Assembly (NCBI RefSeq): GCF_009914755.1 | Contig: NC_060929.1 | Length of the DNA: 64,000 bases | Origin: the human T2T-CHM13v2.0 reference genome, Homo sapiens | Strand: one strand, 5' to 3' | Shown here: one piece after another, positions 50,491-64,000 of the stretch | How positions within the stretch are numbered: the stretch's first letter is position 1 | Layout: every line of letters begins with the position of its first letter | Translations under genes and position numbers: made by a program | The notes under the pieces: generated by a model | The model's input: the letters and a program-made list of their open reading frames with translations, nothing else | Databases searched by the model: none | Told to the model about the DNA's origin: nothing

Positions 50491-53249
50491 CCTTGGGCAG
50501 AGTATTAGCGCTTCCCAGCCTTAGGCATTCATCTGTGAAATGGGAAAAATAATCTGCTAGCAGCGGTGTGTTGGAAGAAACCAATAAGATCCTGGATAGG
50601 TCCAGGCACTAAAGCATCCTTCAGAGTTGATGCTTCCTGGTGGCTGAGTTCCTATTGGAACCCCGCTTTTTTGCTAGCAAATATTGCAGCTACGCATACA
50701 TCCCTGGGAACTAACATTTACTGAGTGCCTTCTACGTGACAAAGCCAGTTCTCCGCTAGATCACTGTCCCCAAACCTGGACACTTCTCAGACCGAGCCAA
50801 ATTCTCAGCCCCGGAAATTTTACAAAGAACCTACCGTAAGCTCTGGGATGCACCTTATCTTTCGATCCTTGGCAGGGAGAAAGCATTCGATACATTGTGA
50901 TTGCTTTTGATATACAATAATGTTTTAACCTGGACCTCCTATGCCTTCTAGTTACTTTAGGTAGCCTATTGAATTTAATCACCACCAGAGTCATCTCAGG
51001 TAAGGATTATTATCTCTCATTTTGGAGATAAAAAAAAAAACGCTGGCTGGAGGAAGCAATTTAGAGTGCCCAAGGTCACTCCGCCAGGAAAAGGTGAATA
51101 AAACGTTCTGAAAACGCAGCCAAAGTTGGATTAAATGCAGACTTGGGGCTTTCCATAAAGGGCTAGCGTTGTGTTGCGGTTCCAGCCCTTTCCCAGCAGA
51201 AGTGAGCCCCTTTCCCGATTTGTCTCCACCTCAGCAGAGAGCTGGGGAGGGAACTGGCAAAGACCCCAGGAGCAGGCTGGTTCCTCTCTCAGCATCTTTC
51301 CTATTCATGGTCAGAGCTTGGCACTCTGATTTTGAACACCGGTAATTTTTTTATCTCTGTTTTCCTATTCCTGGCTTTGTAATTTATTTGTCTCTGCCTG
51401 GACTTCAGTATTCCAGAGTAGTAAAGGGGACCTGGCTTTTCCTTTCCCAGAGAAGTTCATTAAAATAAAGGAGTTCCAGTGGTATTGATTTTTGTTTCGA
51501 ATTTCTCAGGAATGAGCCTGTGTGCCTTATAGCTGACAGATATTAACAAGGAGTTTTCAGGAATAATTATAAAACATTGGCTGCGTTTAGCCTAACTGAA
51601 AGTTGAACCCTTTTGTACACTTTGGCAGCTGAGGGCTAAACGAATTTCAGATTTGCTTCCAAAATATATAGCCTGCACCTTGCCTTGTACATCTAGAAGG
51701 TACAGAAGTTAATCTGGATTTACCTGTACTGTATTTGAGATGCATATCAAATCAACTATCACCAGGTATGACTCAAGGGGAAAACGCATACATCTCCAGG
51801 TAGTTTTCATAGTTTTTTTTTTTTTAACTTTTTTGAGCCTCCAGTTGGTTAAGAAGAAATGTGCATATTCTTTATAGTGAGAGAGAAACTCAGAAGTTTT
51901 AGAAGACTGTGTTTAGGACTTACTTACTCTTTTACTTTTTCAGGACCATCTTTAATCAAACTGAATTAACTGGCCTGTGCAGACTGTCTTTATCCTCTAA
52001 GATTCAGGTAATACTTTTTTCCAGTTCTCTCCGGCCAGCACAGTTTCACTTCAGGGAAAGGTTTGGGGTGAAGCAAACAGTGCCTCAGAGAGGTACATTG
52101 GGAAGGGTACATAAGGGTCTGTAGGTCTAGGGGTCAAGTTTCTAATACTCCTGAACTGGGAGGTAGCCTCCAAGCCTTGGTCATTTAAATAATTAAAAAC
52201 AATGTCTCTCCCTTCCAATGCTCTAGGGAATGTTTAGCAAGCATCTGCTGTAGGCGAGGTCCTGAACTGGGTGACTTCCTATTTACCTCGTCAGTCGCAG
52301 GATAATCGTTCAGATATAGGAAAAGACAGCCGCAGCCTGAAAAAAGTCTTTTGAAGCTAACCTTCTAGGTCAGGCATTTTGAGGACCAGCGGAGAGATCC
52401 GAGGCCTCTAATCCTCGAAGCTCGCTCTCCCCTTCCCCAGGCTGAGACAGTCATCACTGAGGCTTTGGAAAGGAATTACCGAGGGTATAATTTGGGGTGG
52501 GGTGGAGACATCTATGTTTTTATAAAAAACCAGGTGCCATGAATAAAAATGTGCTTCCCAAAATGATATGTAGGCCTGGGGTGTGCAAACTTGGAAGCCG
52601 GTATTTCTGAGACTTGCAAACGAGAGGGAGGCACTAGATATTGGCGACTTTTCCTCCTCCCCCCCACCCCCATTACCCTCCGAGGCAAACACTGGCATTC
52701 AAACACGCACGACAAACACAGGCTCAAACAAACTCATGAATGCACACTTGCACTGTCTTGAGAAAAAGGTCGGATCCGGATCGCGCTCAGAAAGGAGGTT
52801 CAGGAGACAAGTACAGAGATTTCAACTTTCTAAAAGTGCGCTGGATTTGCTTTCTAGTGAGAGAGATGGGGACAACTGATTTAAATTCTTCACTCCGAAC
52901 CATTTGGGAGAGAGGCACTCCTGACCACTTCTCGGGCTCCTTCCGGCCCCTCTTTTCCAGGGGAAAGAGTTGTAATAATAACAGTGGGCGCTTTTGAGCG
53001 CTGGCTAGTGGCGAGTTACTCTTCTAAGTGCATACATTTCTTTCACAGGGATACTGGCCTGTGAGTTTCAGCACCGACTTTCTGGAACTGTAAAGTAAGC
53101 CAATTTTGACGCATAGTAGGGGCTTCGTAAATGTTTCTGCAATGCTGTTTGCGAATCTTGAACTTATTCTGGCGGTAGAGGGAGAGTGGGATGGGCGCAG
53201 GGTCCCTTTTAAAGAAGGGTCAAAAGAGAGAAGAAATGGGACTCGGCGA

Positions 53250-54340
<1,091 letters not shown>

Positions 54341-55975
54341 TGGCCACTTGGCTTGTTTTTGTTTCACTGTTCCCCGGAGTCTCTGCCTGGGGAGTGAAGG
54401 AGTTGGATCCATGTTCAGTGAGCACTTGGATGTACCAGGAACGAGACAGGTTCAAAACTCAACCCTGAGAGTTGTGCCCCCATTTTAAAGATGAGCTAAC
54501 TGGGCTTAGCCAGACATTGAGGAGAAACCATTTTCTTTCGTGAGTCCCGCGGGTGTCGAAGCCGGATCCCACGAAGGGATGGTGGCATCAGAGTCTGGTG
54601 CGGGGAGGAAATGTCTCTCTGTGGTCTCCGCAGCCAGCACCTCCCCGGCAAGGTTCTGAGCTTCGCCGGGAGCGGGCTGGGGCCAGAAGCGCACGGGCTC
54701 TTCTTGGCTCACAGTAATAATTAACCGCATTCCAGCAGGGCTTGAGAGTTTGCAGAGTGATGTTCACTAGCTCACCAGATCGAGATCCTCACTAGAACCC
54801 CCAAGTGTAGACACTGGACTTGTGACTACCCTATTTTTCAGACGTGGACGCTGAGGCTTTTAAAGAAGACGGCCTTTGCTTGTCCCAGGTTACCAACAAC
54901 CACTGATTGGCCAGGGGCACCTGTTGCCCACGCCCTGCTCCTCTGTTTGATATGCCCTGACCACTTTTGCGTCCTCTCCCCAGAGAGACTAGGTGGAGAT
55001 CCGCACCTGCACCCCACTTGAGAATTGAGGCTGCAGAGAATTCTCCGCTTCAGCATCCATTTTTGGTCCCTGAGTCCTTTTACAATTTGGAGACGTCATC
55101 CTTTACAGCCTCTTTTACTTTTATCTCTTGGCTTTTATGGTTTCTCTACCCCCTAATTTCCCGCCACCCCATCCCCTACCTGTAGGAAAGGTGAGGGTGG
55201 GGGCTGTGGAGGGACTTTCTCCAAAGCTGAGAGAGATCCTTTCACTATTTACATCATTCAGCCCTCAAGACTAGACGCACTGTATTTTGTTAACAAAACA
55301 AGGCCATATACCCAGGCGTCAGTGGCTGTCCCCTCTGGCAGTCTCTCTCCACCCTGTTAGAAACTCTGAAAGATTCAAAGGGCGAGGAGATTAAGGGACT
55401 CAAAGAATTTAAACTCAAGTTTGGATAGTGCTTTATAGCACTTTTCACCGTATTATCTTATCTCCTCTGTAGGGCAGCAGCCGGCCTCTTAACAGATGAG
55501 GACATTTCAGCAAAGTTCAGAGAGGAATCGGCAGTTTGGGCCTGACCAAAAAAAAAAAAAAAAAAAAAGCTGGGGACCATTTAATGATCACCTACCAGGT
55601 GGCAGACAGACAGGGCTCTGGGTACTCTTAAAATTTTAGTACTGTGGACCACATTGAGGGATTAGTGTTACTTACCCACTTTATCGACAGTGAGGTAGAG
55701 GCTCAGAAAATTAAAAGACTTAATTTGTTTAACAAATATTGAGTACATAGCCTACGCCTATGCCCAGCCAATGATACAGGCCTTAAATGGAGTAGTGTCC
55801 AGAGGTTAGGAATCCTGCCATCCTTTAGGCCTGTGGGTCTGGAAAGGCAATGACTACTACCCCTCTAAACATCTCTGCCCTGTGCTCAAGCTTCCCTGCT
55901 CTGGGTAAGGCAACCTCGGGCCCAGGCTGTGACCTTCCCATGAAAAGAACCAGAAATTCTGAGAACCGAGTTTAT

Positions 55976-56041
55976 AACCTGCACATTCTGCACATGTATC
56001 CCGGAACTTAAAGTAAAAAAAAACAAAAAAACAAAAAAAAA
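55976..56041 (+). mobile_element. Extreme 3' end of a primate L1PA with A-rich tail
   Basis: AACCTGCACATTCTGCACATGTATCCCGGAACTTAAAGTAAAA matches the L1PA 3' terminus. Confidence 0.85.
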
Positions 56042-57929
56042 CACCATGAAGAATTGTTGGTGCTTTGGGCCTGGAGGTGGCAGCGGGAACCCTGTGGTCA
56101 GAGTAGTGGGTCCTGAGAATGCCAGGCGATGGAGCCTGGGGCGAGAGGGAGCTACCCGCCCGGGCCTGATTTTGTTATTTGGAGGAAGTAGGATAAACGC
56201 TGTTTTGCCTTATATAATCGCATCCTTCCTCTGGCTGGTTTAAAATTAGGTGGGGGTGGAGGGATGGGGAGTGTTGCATTGGGAGGAAGCCTCATAGCTT
56301 CATGGTTTTGATACACATGTGCGATCCCGGTCACCTGGATTTCATAATTCAAATGTAACCCGAAGGACCAGCTGGAATTACCCTGCCCAGGCGCACAGTG
56401 CTTCAAAACCCCACGTAGAGCCAGGAGCAAGAGTATATACACGCTAGGAACTTGGTATCTGAGCTGAGACACCTGGGTCCTCCTGAGGGCCCGGCCTAGT
56501 TTAGAAAGGGCGAGAATTTTGCAGGTCTCTTGAGAGTCTCTGACAGTGTTGTTAATTTGTAAATTAAGAAGCTGGCTCCCCGGCTGTCTAGTAACTTAGG
56601 GATTAGCAAATGCAAAAGTATAGACTTTTATGGTAGTTTCTTATCCTTCCCTTTCCCAGATTTCTGTTCTTTGGTTGGTTACAAAGCCTCTTATCTCTTT
56701 TTGATTCAGTAAAGTGATGGGTAATAATGCGACACTGGAACAAATCCATCTCTTGTTGGAAATGGAAGCTGGGTTGGGACTTGTGCTGTGTCACCCTCAA
56801 GTATGAAGTGTAAACTCTTTCTTGGGCCACCAAAGTAACTAAACAAGAAATGCAACATTCTCCCATGAATACATTAGAGTTAATACTGTGGCCACATTTG
56901 GAAAATTAGCATAGCTCGTAAAAGCCAAATGCAGAAAATTAATTGTTAAGTATTCTATCACCACAGCTCTATCCTCCTCCGCCCACCCACCCTTGAGGAA
57001 GACAAGCCCAAAGTTAGTTGATGCTATGGAATCACAAGGATGTCCCAGTCCGTGATTTGCTGTAATTGAATCCATTTTAAATGTGGAGTCTGGATGCTGT
57101 TGGCATACCTTTATTTTGCTTGTTTTTCCCCCTGACAAACAAATCATTTACACATTTGCCCGAAGCCATAGAATGGGTAGAGGGGATGACTAAGATGTCA
57201 TCACGTGCTCTCAATTTGGAGGCAGCATGATTTCCCCTGACATTTACATTTATGGGCTAGCTAATTTTTCCCTTCGTCTTAGTAAAGTTTATATTACAGA
57301 AGCGCCCAGCCAAGAACCTTATCCCACATCCAGATCTGTAAAATGATGTTCAGATTTTATAATCTGTGGACTGGATGCAATGACAGCTGTGTGACTGTTT
57401 ATTGCGTGGGACTGCCCCCAAATTCAAAGATGCTATTAATTTACCACAGACCTTATCTGCACGATTATCCTTCATAAATATGCTGACGCAATCCACTTTT
57501 TCTGGTTCAGAGAGGAGACCAAGGGAAACAGCTAACCCGGTTGCTAAAACCTTTTTCATTTTCCTTCCCATATGTGATTGTCTCCATGTCCAAGGGAGGC
57601 TGGGCTAATCATGAACCTGGTCTCCCATTTTTAAAGAGAAGATAAATTATGCTCAGAAGAGATAGCGGTTCATTTCTCACCGACCACTTGATTCCCTTGT
57701 CTTACATTAAATGTTCTATTTCTGTTATCTCTAATGCTGTCTGTTTTCCATATAGAAGGTTCAGTTACACCATTACATTTCCAAAACTTTTCTTAAAAAA
57801 CTCATTTTTAAAAAACGAAGCAACTTACCCATTTATATATGGTCCCCCTCCCCCCAAGAAACACACATAGTTTTGACAAAGGTACCTTTTTCAAAGATGA
57901 AACAAAGTATGTCTTTCCATACATAGATA

Positions 57930-57961
<32 letters not shown>

Positions 57962-57970
57962 TGTATATAT
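57930..57970. repeat. (GT)11-(AT)n microsatellite in the MSX2 intron
   Basis: GT run at 57931-57952 followed by TA/TATG units. Confidence 0.95.
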
Positions 57971-58073
57971 AGATTTTTTTAAAGCTAAGTGCTTTCAGTT
58001 GAGAGGGGAGGCCCGAAAGGAAAAAACCTAGAGAGATGACGGGGGAGATGGGTTTTTTTTAGTATTATTTTAA

Positions 58074-58541
<468 letters not shown>

Positions 58542-58814
58542 GGAAGACCAGATCAATAGACTCCATGATGGATGCTTGTTTCAAAGGGTTTCCTCTCCCT
58601 CTCCACGAAGGCAGTACCAGCCAGTACTCCTGCTCTGCTAACCCTGCGTGCACCACCCTAAGCGGCTAGGCTGACAGGGCCACACGACATAGCTGAAATT
58701 TGTTCTGTAGGCGGAGGCACCAAGCCCTGTTTTCTTGGTGTAATCTTCCAGATGCCCCCTTTTCCTTTCACAAAGATTGGCTCTGATGGTTTTTATGTAT
58801 AAATATATATATAT

Positions 58815-58820
58815 AATAAA
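58815..58820 (+). terminator. Proximal poly(A) signal AATAAA
   Basis: Canonical hexamer with an upstream TGTA (58796) and T-rich flanks. Confidence 0.55.
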
Positions 58821-59805
58821 ATATAATACATTTTTATACAGCAGACGTAAAAATTCAAATTATTTTAAAAGGCAAAATTTATATACATATGTGCTTTTTT
58901 TCTATATCTCACCTTCCCAAAAGACACTGTGTAAGTCCATTTGTTGTATTTTCTTAAAGAGGGAGACAAATTATTTGCAAAATGTGCTAAAGTCAATGAT
59001 TTTTACGGGATTATTGACTTCTGCTTATGGAAAACAAAGAAACAGACACAGTGCACACAGAAAATATTAGATATGGAGAGATTATTCAAAGTGAAGGGGA
59101 CACATCATATTTCTGCATTTTACTTGCATTAAAAGAAACCTCTTTATATACTACAGTTGTTCCTATCTCTCCCCCGCCCCCCACCGCCCCACCACACACA
59201 TATTTTTAAAGTTTTTCCTTTTTTAAGAATATTTTTGTAAGACCAATACCTGGGATGAGAAGAATCCTGAGACTGCCTGGAGGTGAGGTAGAAAATTAGA
59301 AATACTTCCTAATTCTTCTCAAGGCTGTTGGTAACTTTATTTCAGATAATTGGAGAGTAAAATGTTAAAACCTGTTGAGAGGAATTGATGGTTTCTGAGA
59401 AATACTAGGTACATTCATCCTCACAGATTGCAAAGGTGATTTGGGTGGGGGTTTAGTAATTTTCTGCTTAAAAAATGAGTATCTTGTAACCATTACCTAT
59501 ATGCTAAATATTCTTGAACAATTAGTAGATCCAGAAAGAAAAAAAAAATATGCTTTCTCTGTGTGTGTACCTGTTGTATGTCCTAAACTTATTAGAAAAT
59601 TTTATATACTTTTTTACATGTTGGGGGGCAGAAGGTAAAGCCATGTTTTGACTTGGTGAAAATGGGGTTGTCAAACAGCCCATTAAGCTCCCTGGTATTT
59701 CACCTTCCTGTCCATCTCTCCCCTCCCTCCGGTATACCTTTATCCCTTTGAAAGGGTGCTTGTACAATTTGATATATTTTATTGAAGAGTTATCTCTTAT
59801 TCTGA

Positions 59806-59837
59806 ATTAAATTAAGCATTTGTTTTATTGCAGTAAA
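59806..59837 (+). terminator. Distal poly(A) signals (ATTAAA 59806-59811, AGTAAA 59832-59837)
   Basis: Variant hexamers followed by CA dinucleotides and the downstream element GGTGTTCTCTGTTCTT. Confidence 0.6.
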
Positions 59838-60679
59838 GTTTGTCCAAACTCACAATTATTTTAAGAGGTGTTCTCTGTTCTTAGCTGGGCTTAGCTCGAA
59901 AGTGCTACCCACATGAGGGGGAAGCTGCTCTTTTTTAATATTTTAATGTAAGTCAACCAAGAGTTGTGGCCAGATTCAGCCATGTTGGGGTGATTGGTGG
60001 TGGTGGGGAGTGAACTGAAACTACTGAAATACTTTGAAATGTTTCCTCTGGCAGCTTGTTACTTATGGAAAAGAGGTGGAATTGCTGCGAGGAGTTTTTC
60101 AGAAAAAGTACAGTGAAAGATAAGCTTTAAATAAGTGGTGAGGTGGAGATCGGCCAGCATCTAAATCATTTGTACATGATCAAGGGAAAATCTTGAACTT
60201 GAAATCTCCCAGCTACCAACACATCAAACTTAAAACTGAGGAAAAGGGTCCTTATAGCTGTTTGCAAGTGGACATGGTAACGAGGCGCATTCGCTGGGCT
60301 GGGGGATGGAAGCCGGCTCCCCTTTCAGGAGTGTGTCAAATCGCATTCCGTTTACCATTCCTATCTCCTTCCAAGGAGATGGACTCCGAGCAAACACTCT
60401 TCGGTTTGAAGTGGGAAGGTGGTTCATTCAAGTCCCTTTGCTACCCAGCCTCCCTCTCCCAGTGGAAACAATACAGAACTGCTGTCAGGCTTGGGTTTTG
60501 AGGCGTCACGATAAAATGGTGACAGGTGGAGGACGCTGAGAAGGATCTTAAACTCAGCTTTCTGTTGCACAAATAAATCTGAAGTGGTTCCTGATGATTG
60601 ATACCTTTCCGAGGTCAGTGTTCAGATGGGAGGCTCCGGTGACTCGGAACAGAGGCAGAAAGGATGCGAGGACTTCTTG

Positions 60680-61700
60680 CTGCGTAAACAGCGCGGCGGG
60701 CAGATTGGCACCTGGCACCTACCAGGACTGGCGCTTCGTCCCGCGTTTCCATTGTGCCCGCACGCACTTTGAAAGTGGGCGCCGGAAACTCCGTTTTTCT
60801 TATGGGGCCGGGGTCGGGCAACGTGGTTCAGAGGTTTCACAAGCTCCAGCACAGAAGTGATCCAAACCGAGGGGTCGGCTCGAAGTCGGAGGCTGATTTT
60901 GTCTTGCTCAGTCGCTCCGCCGGAGCTGAGCCGCTGGAACGACCCAAACCTACCTGAAAGCGCGTCTCTGCAGTCCCGCTGGACTTCTCCGGCTCGAACT
61001 CCTAATCTCAGCCCGGAATCCAGCCATATTCATTTAAGGATTGCGTTTTCCAAAGGCCAAAGCCTTTCCCGGTTTCGTCATCAGCCGCCAGGTTGGGTCC
61101 CTAATTAGCCTGTCCACCGAGCTTCCTTCCCGGCGCCGCTTGGACCCCGCAGCCCCGGGCGATCTCAGCCCGGGTGGGGAATCCGGAGACGCCGGCTCCG
61201 GGTTAAGACTCTGCTCGTCCCCAGGAGGACGGGGTCGCGATCCAGAGTGCGATCCGGAGAAAAGGGCTGCATCTTGCGTGGCTGGCGGGTTAGACTGGAA
61301 TCCGTCTGGGGAACTGCGCACCATCCCCATCGCTCCAGACGCCGAAACAAAACCTGAGGCTCGGAGAGGGGAAAAAGAGTTGTTCAGGCTCGAACATACG
61401 CATCCCAGCCTCATAGGTGGATGGGGTTACCGAGCTGAGAACCAAGCCGGAGGTCCGCGAAGCCGGGCCGCCCCCTTGCTCTGGGCCTCCCTTCAAGCCT
61501 GCAGTCTGGGGATGGGTTCCGAGTCACCGCGGTCCGGGCCTCGGTCAGGCTTGGTCGGGCACACAGGGCGTTTCAGAGGCCAGATTGACAACCTGTGGCG
61601 GCAAAAGGACTCTCCCTCACCAGGGACCCGCGAAGGCGCGCATTGCAAGATGTTAGCGTGCGGGCTTTAGATATCCTTGCGTCCGATGCCAGAAGCCTGG
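60680..61700. promoter_or_regulatory. Downstream CpG island
   Basis: About 1 kb of CpG-dense, repeat-free sequence ~0.8 kb past the 3' end of MSX2. Confidence 0.8.
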
Positions 61701-64000
61701 CACGCAAATTTACCCACCCTTCCATACTTTCAGTGCTTTGTTCGAAACTTTTCAAGAGACACAGCTCTGCTTTTTGGAAAGAGAGGAAGAGAGCAGGGAA
61801 ATCGCATTTATGGAGCCCCTGCAGAGTGCAGAACTAGGCTTCCCCCCCCCGCCCCCCGCCGGTGTTCTCATTTAGTTGCCACACACTCCTTGGAGAGGTA
61901 TCATAGATGTCATGTATAGTTGAGGAAACTGAGGCACAAAGAGGTGGCTCACTAAGGTCACAGAGCTGATAAGTAGGGGCAGGGAAATCCAGGCCTCAGT
62001 GTGAGCGGAGGAGGTGGGTATGAAAGATGGTGAGGGCAAATCAGGCAGGAGGTGTCTCAGAAATGACGCCAGGGCCTGGGGAACACTCTGGATCCCCAGA
62101 CCCTGAGATCCCAGATCTGCAGTCTCTCTCCAGCTCCCCTTCCTATCCCTCATTGCTCCTCTAACACAGTGGACCTGGGGCTCAGATCCAGCCCTCCCCT
62201 CTCCCCCTTCCAGCCCTGCCTGGGCGATCTTGCGGGGAATGGAGGGAGCAGGGCGGCAGGAGGTAGGCAGTGAAGGCCTGGCTGAGAGCGGTGGCTGGCG
62301 AAACGTCTGCCTGACCCGACTGAAAAGAGGATCCCTGCCTTTGAGCAGAACCTTGTCTGACCGAATGAAAACTCCCACGGCCATTCTTTGCTATAAAAGC
62401 CGCTCATTTGCCACGGGTTGGAGAGGCCATTCCCCCACCCCCACTCCGTCTCCACTGTTGGGTTTGAAATAAGCATAAACCTCATTTATAAAAGAACCCA
62501 CGTCACACACACCCTCCCCGAAATCACAGGGCCTGGTTGGTGAAGTTGACTGTGTCTGTTCCTCTCTCTCCTTCCATTTTTGTAAGCAAAAATGTTTTCC
62601 ACCCCGCATTGGTGATGCTGCAGGCTTCTTTAACAAAATAAAGTGGTCACAGCAACAAGGAAAAGCCCTCGGTCAACTCCCGGACCCCTTTACCCGCTCT
62701 CCCACCCCCAGCCACCCTCTCACCTCCTCCCTCCTACAAACTAAATAAAAAGCAGTAAAATTACTTTCCAGAATAGCCCGCTTCAAAGCAGAACAGAGGA
62801 CCCGGCTGCAGGAATCCTGAGTCTTGCCCTGATAAGGTTCATAATAATCAAATCCAAACTCCATCCACCTCCCTTGACTCTTTCCAACCTCCTCCGGACC
62901 TCTCTGCATTTGTTGATGAAAACACTTTGATGTCCTGAGTCCTCCAAACAATTATTATTATAATTTTAAACAACCTGGTATTTTCCATTACTAACGGCTG
63001 AGGCTTTGAAGTTACACCTCATAATTTCCTAAATTAAATAAATCATTTTAAGTTTGCACTGGGAGGCTTTTAATAGCAGAGAAAGGAATATCATTATCTT
63101 ATTGAGACCCAATTGTGGTGGCTCCAGTTTGGCTGTAGCTGGGGGCAAAGTAGGCTCACTCTAACAGACATACTTTATTAACCTCCCATAACTCTTGAAA
63201 GAGCATTTTTATATTTTCTTTGATTTCCCCCCTCCCTATCTTGTTTTAATGCTGTCCCAACCTTTAATTAGTGCCTAATATGAAAAGCATTATTTTTTTA
63301 ATGCTATGTAATTTACCAGCGGCAACAGGCCAACTTAACAATTGTTTATTAGACTTGGTTTTTCACACAGGGCAAAGAATGCCGCTCCAAACCCAACTTT
63401 TCATGGGTGGTTGCACTAATTAATACAGTGTCTGAGACTCCTAGGGGGTTTTTTAATATTGAAGCCTATGGGGGCGGAAGGGGGTTTTAGAAGTCCAGCT
63501 CCTGCCGACGAAGTTCTCCCTCTGATTTCTTTCATGCTGTTTTGATCCTGTCTGTGGAGTCAGCACAGACAGAAACTGTTCCCTGGCTCCGAAGACTCCA
63601 GGATCCCGAGGCAACAGCCCCGGGAACCCCCAGCACCTCCACTTGTGAATTATGTCTAGCGGCCTAGGCTTGGGGTACAGAGAGCCCAAGGCTCACCCCA
63701 GACTTGGATGTGGGGGTTCCCCTCCTCCTGCCTGGAGGGGGAAGGAGCTGGCTTGATGGCTTGGGCTGGGAAGGAGTCAGGCTCTTGGGGGCAAATGCCA
63801 GGTCTCCCAGGCACCAGGCAGCGCTTGGCTCTGGGCACAGAATTTGCTGAAATTGAGTCAGGGACAGGGATGGGGTGGGGGAAGGCTAGGGGAGGACCCA
63901 GGCTAGCTTCCTTCCTGTCTTTTCTTCCTCTGACTTTTCGGCTCAATTTTCCTCATTCTTTTGTCTCTCATTTTCCTTTCTCATCTTTTGCGCTCCCTCC

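Larger units (their letters stand above)
58542..59857 (+). other. MSX2: MSX2 3'UTR (end approximate)
   Basis: Repeat-free AT-rich sequence after the TAA stop, ending just past the ATTAAA/AGTAAA signals and followed by a GT/T-rich element. Confidence 0.75.

Noticed and set aside
61041-61670. 209-aa ORF in the downstream CpG island
   Set aside because: Non-ATG start, GC-driven composition and no recognisable family.

Overview
Primate (very probably human, chr5q35) genomic DNA containing the complete two-exon homeobox gene MSX2 on the + strand. The CDS is 53636-54014 joined to 58117-58541 (267 aa, Thr at codon 129). Around it are a promoter CpG island, an upstream GC-rich BMP-responsive enhancer region (~49.8-50.5 kb), a long 3'UTR with proximal and distal poly(A) signals, and a downstream CpG island. 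The first ~46.6 kb is intergenic, with ~43 Alu elements plus L1, L2, MIR and hAT DNA-transposon relics, interrupted by Alu-free islands that look like enhancers. The last ~17 kb has no Alu. Nearly all other ORFs in the track are Alu-derived or GC-content artefacts. I found no convincing novel gene system. The most unusual observations are (1) two young inverted local duplications (224 bp and 126 bp) with microhomology junctions, resembling templated insertions; (2) older diverged direct duplications of non-repetitive DNA; and (3) the fine structure of the MSX2 upstream enhancer: a perfect GGCGCC-N5-GTCT Smad element, a 41-bp tandem module, and an exact 15-mer copy of the enhancer core 2.2 kb upstream. 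Repeat subfamily names and boundaries were called by eye and are approximate.
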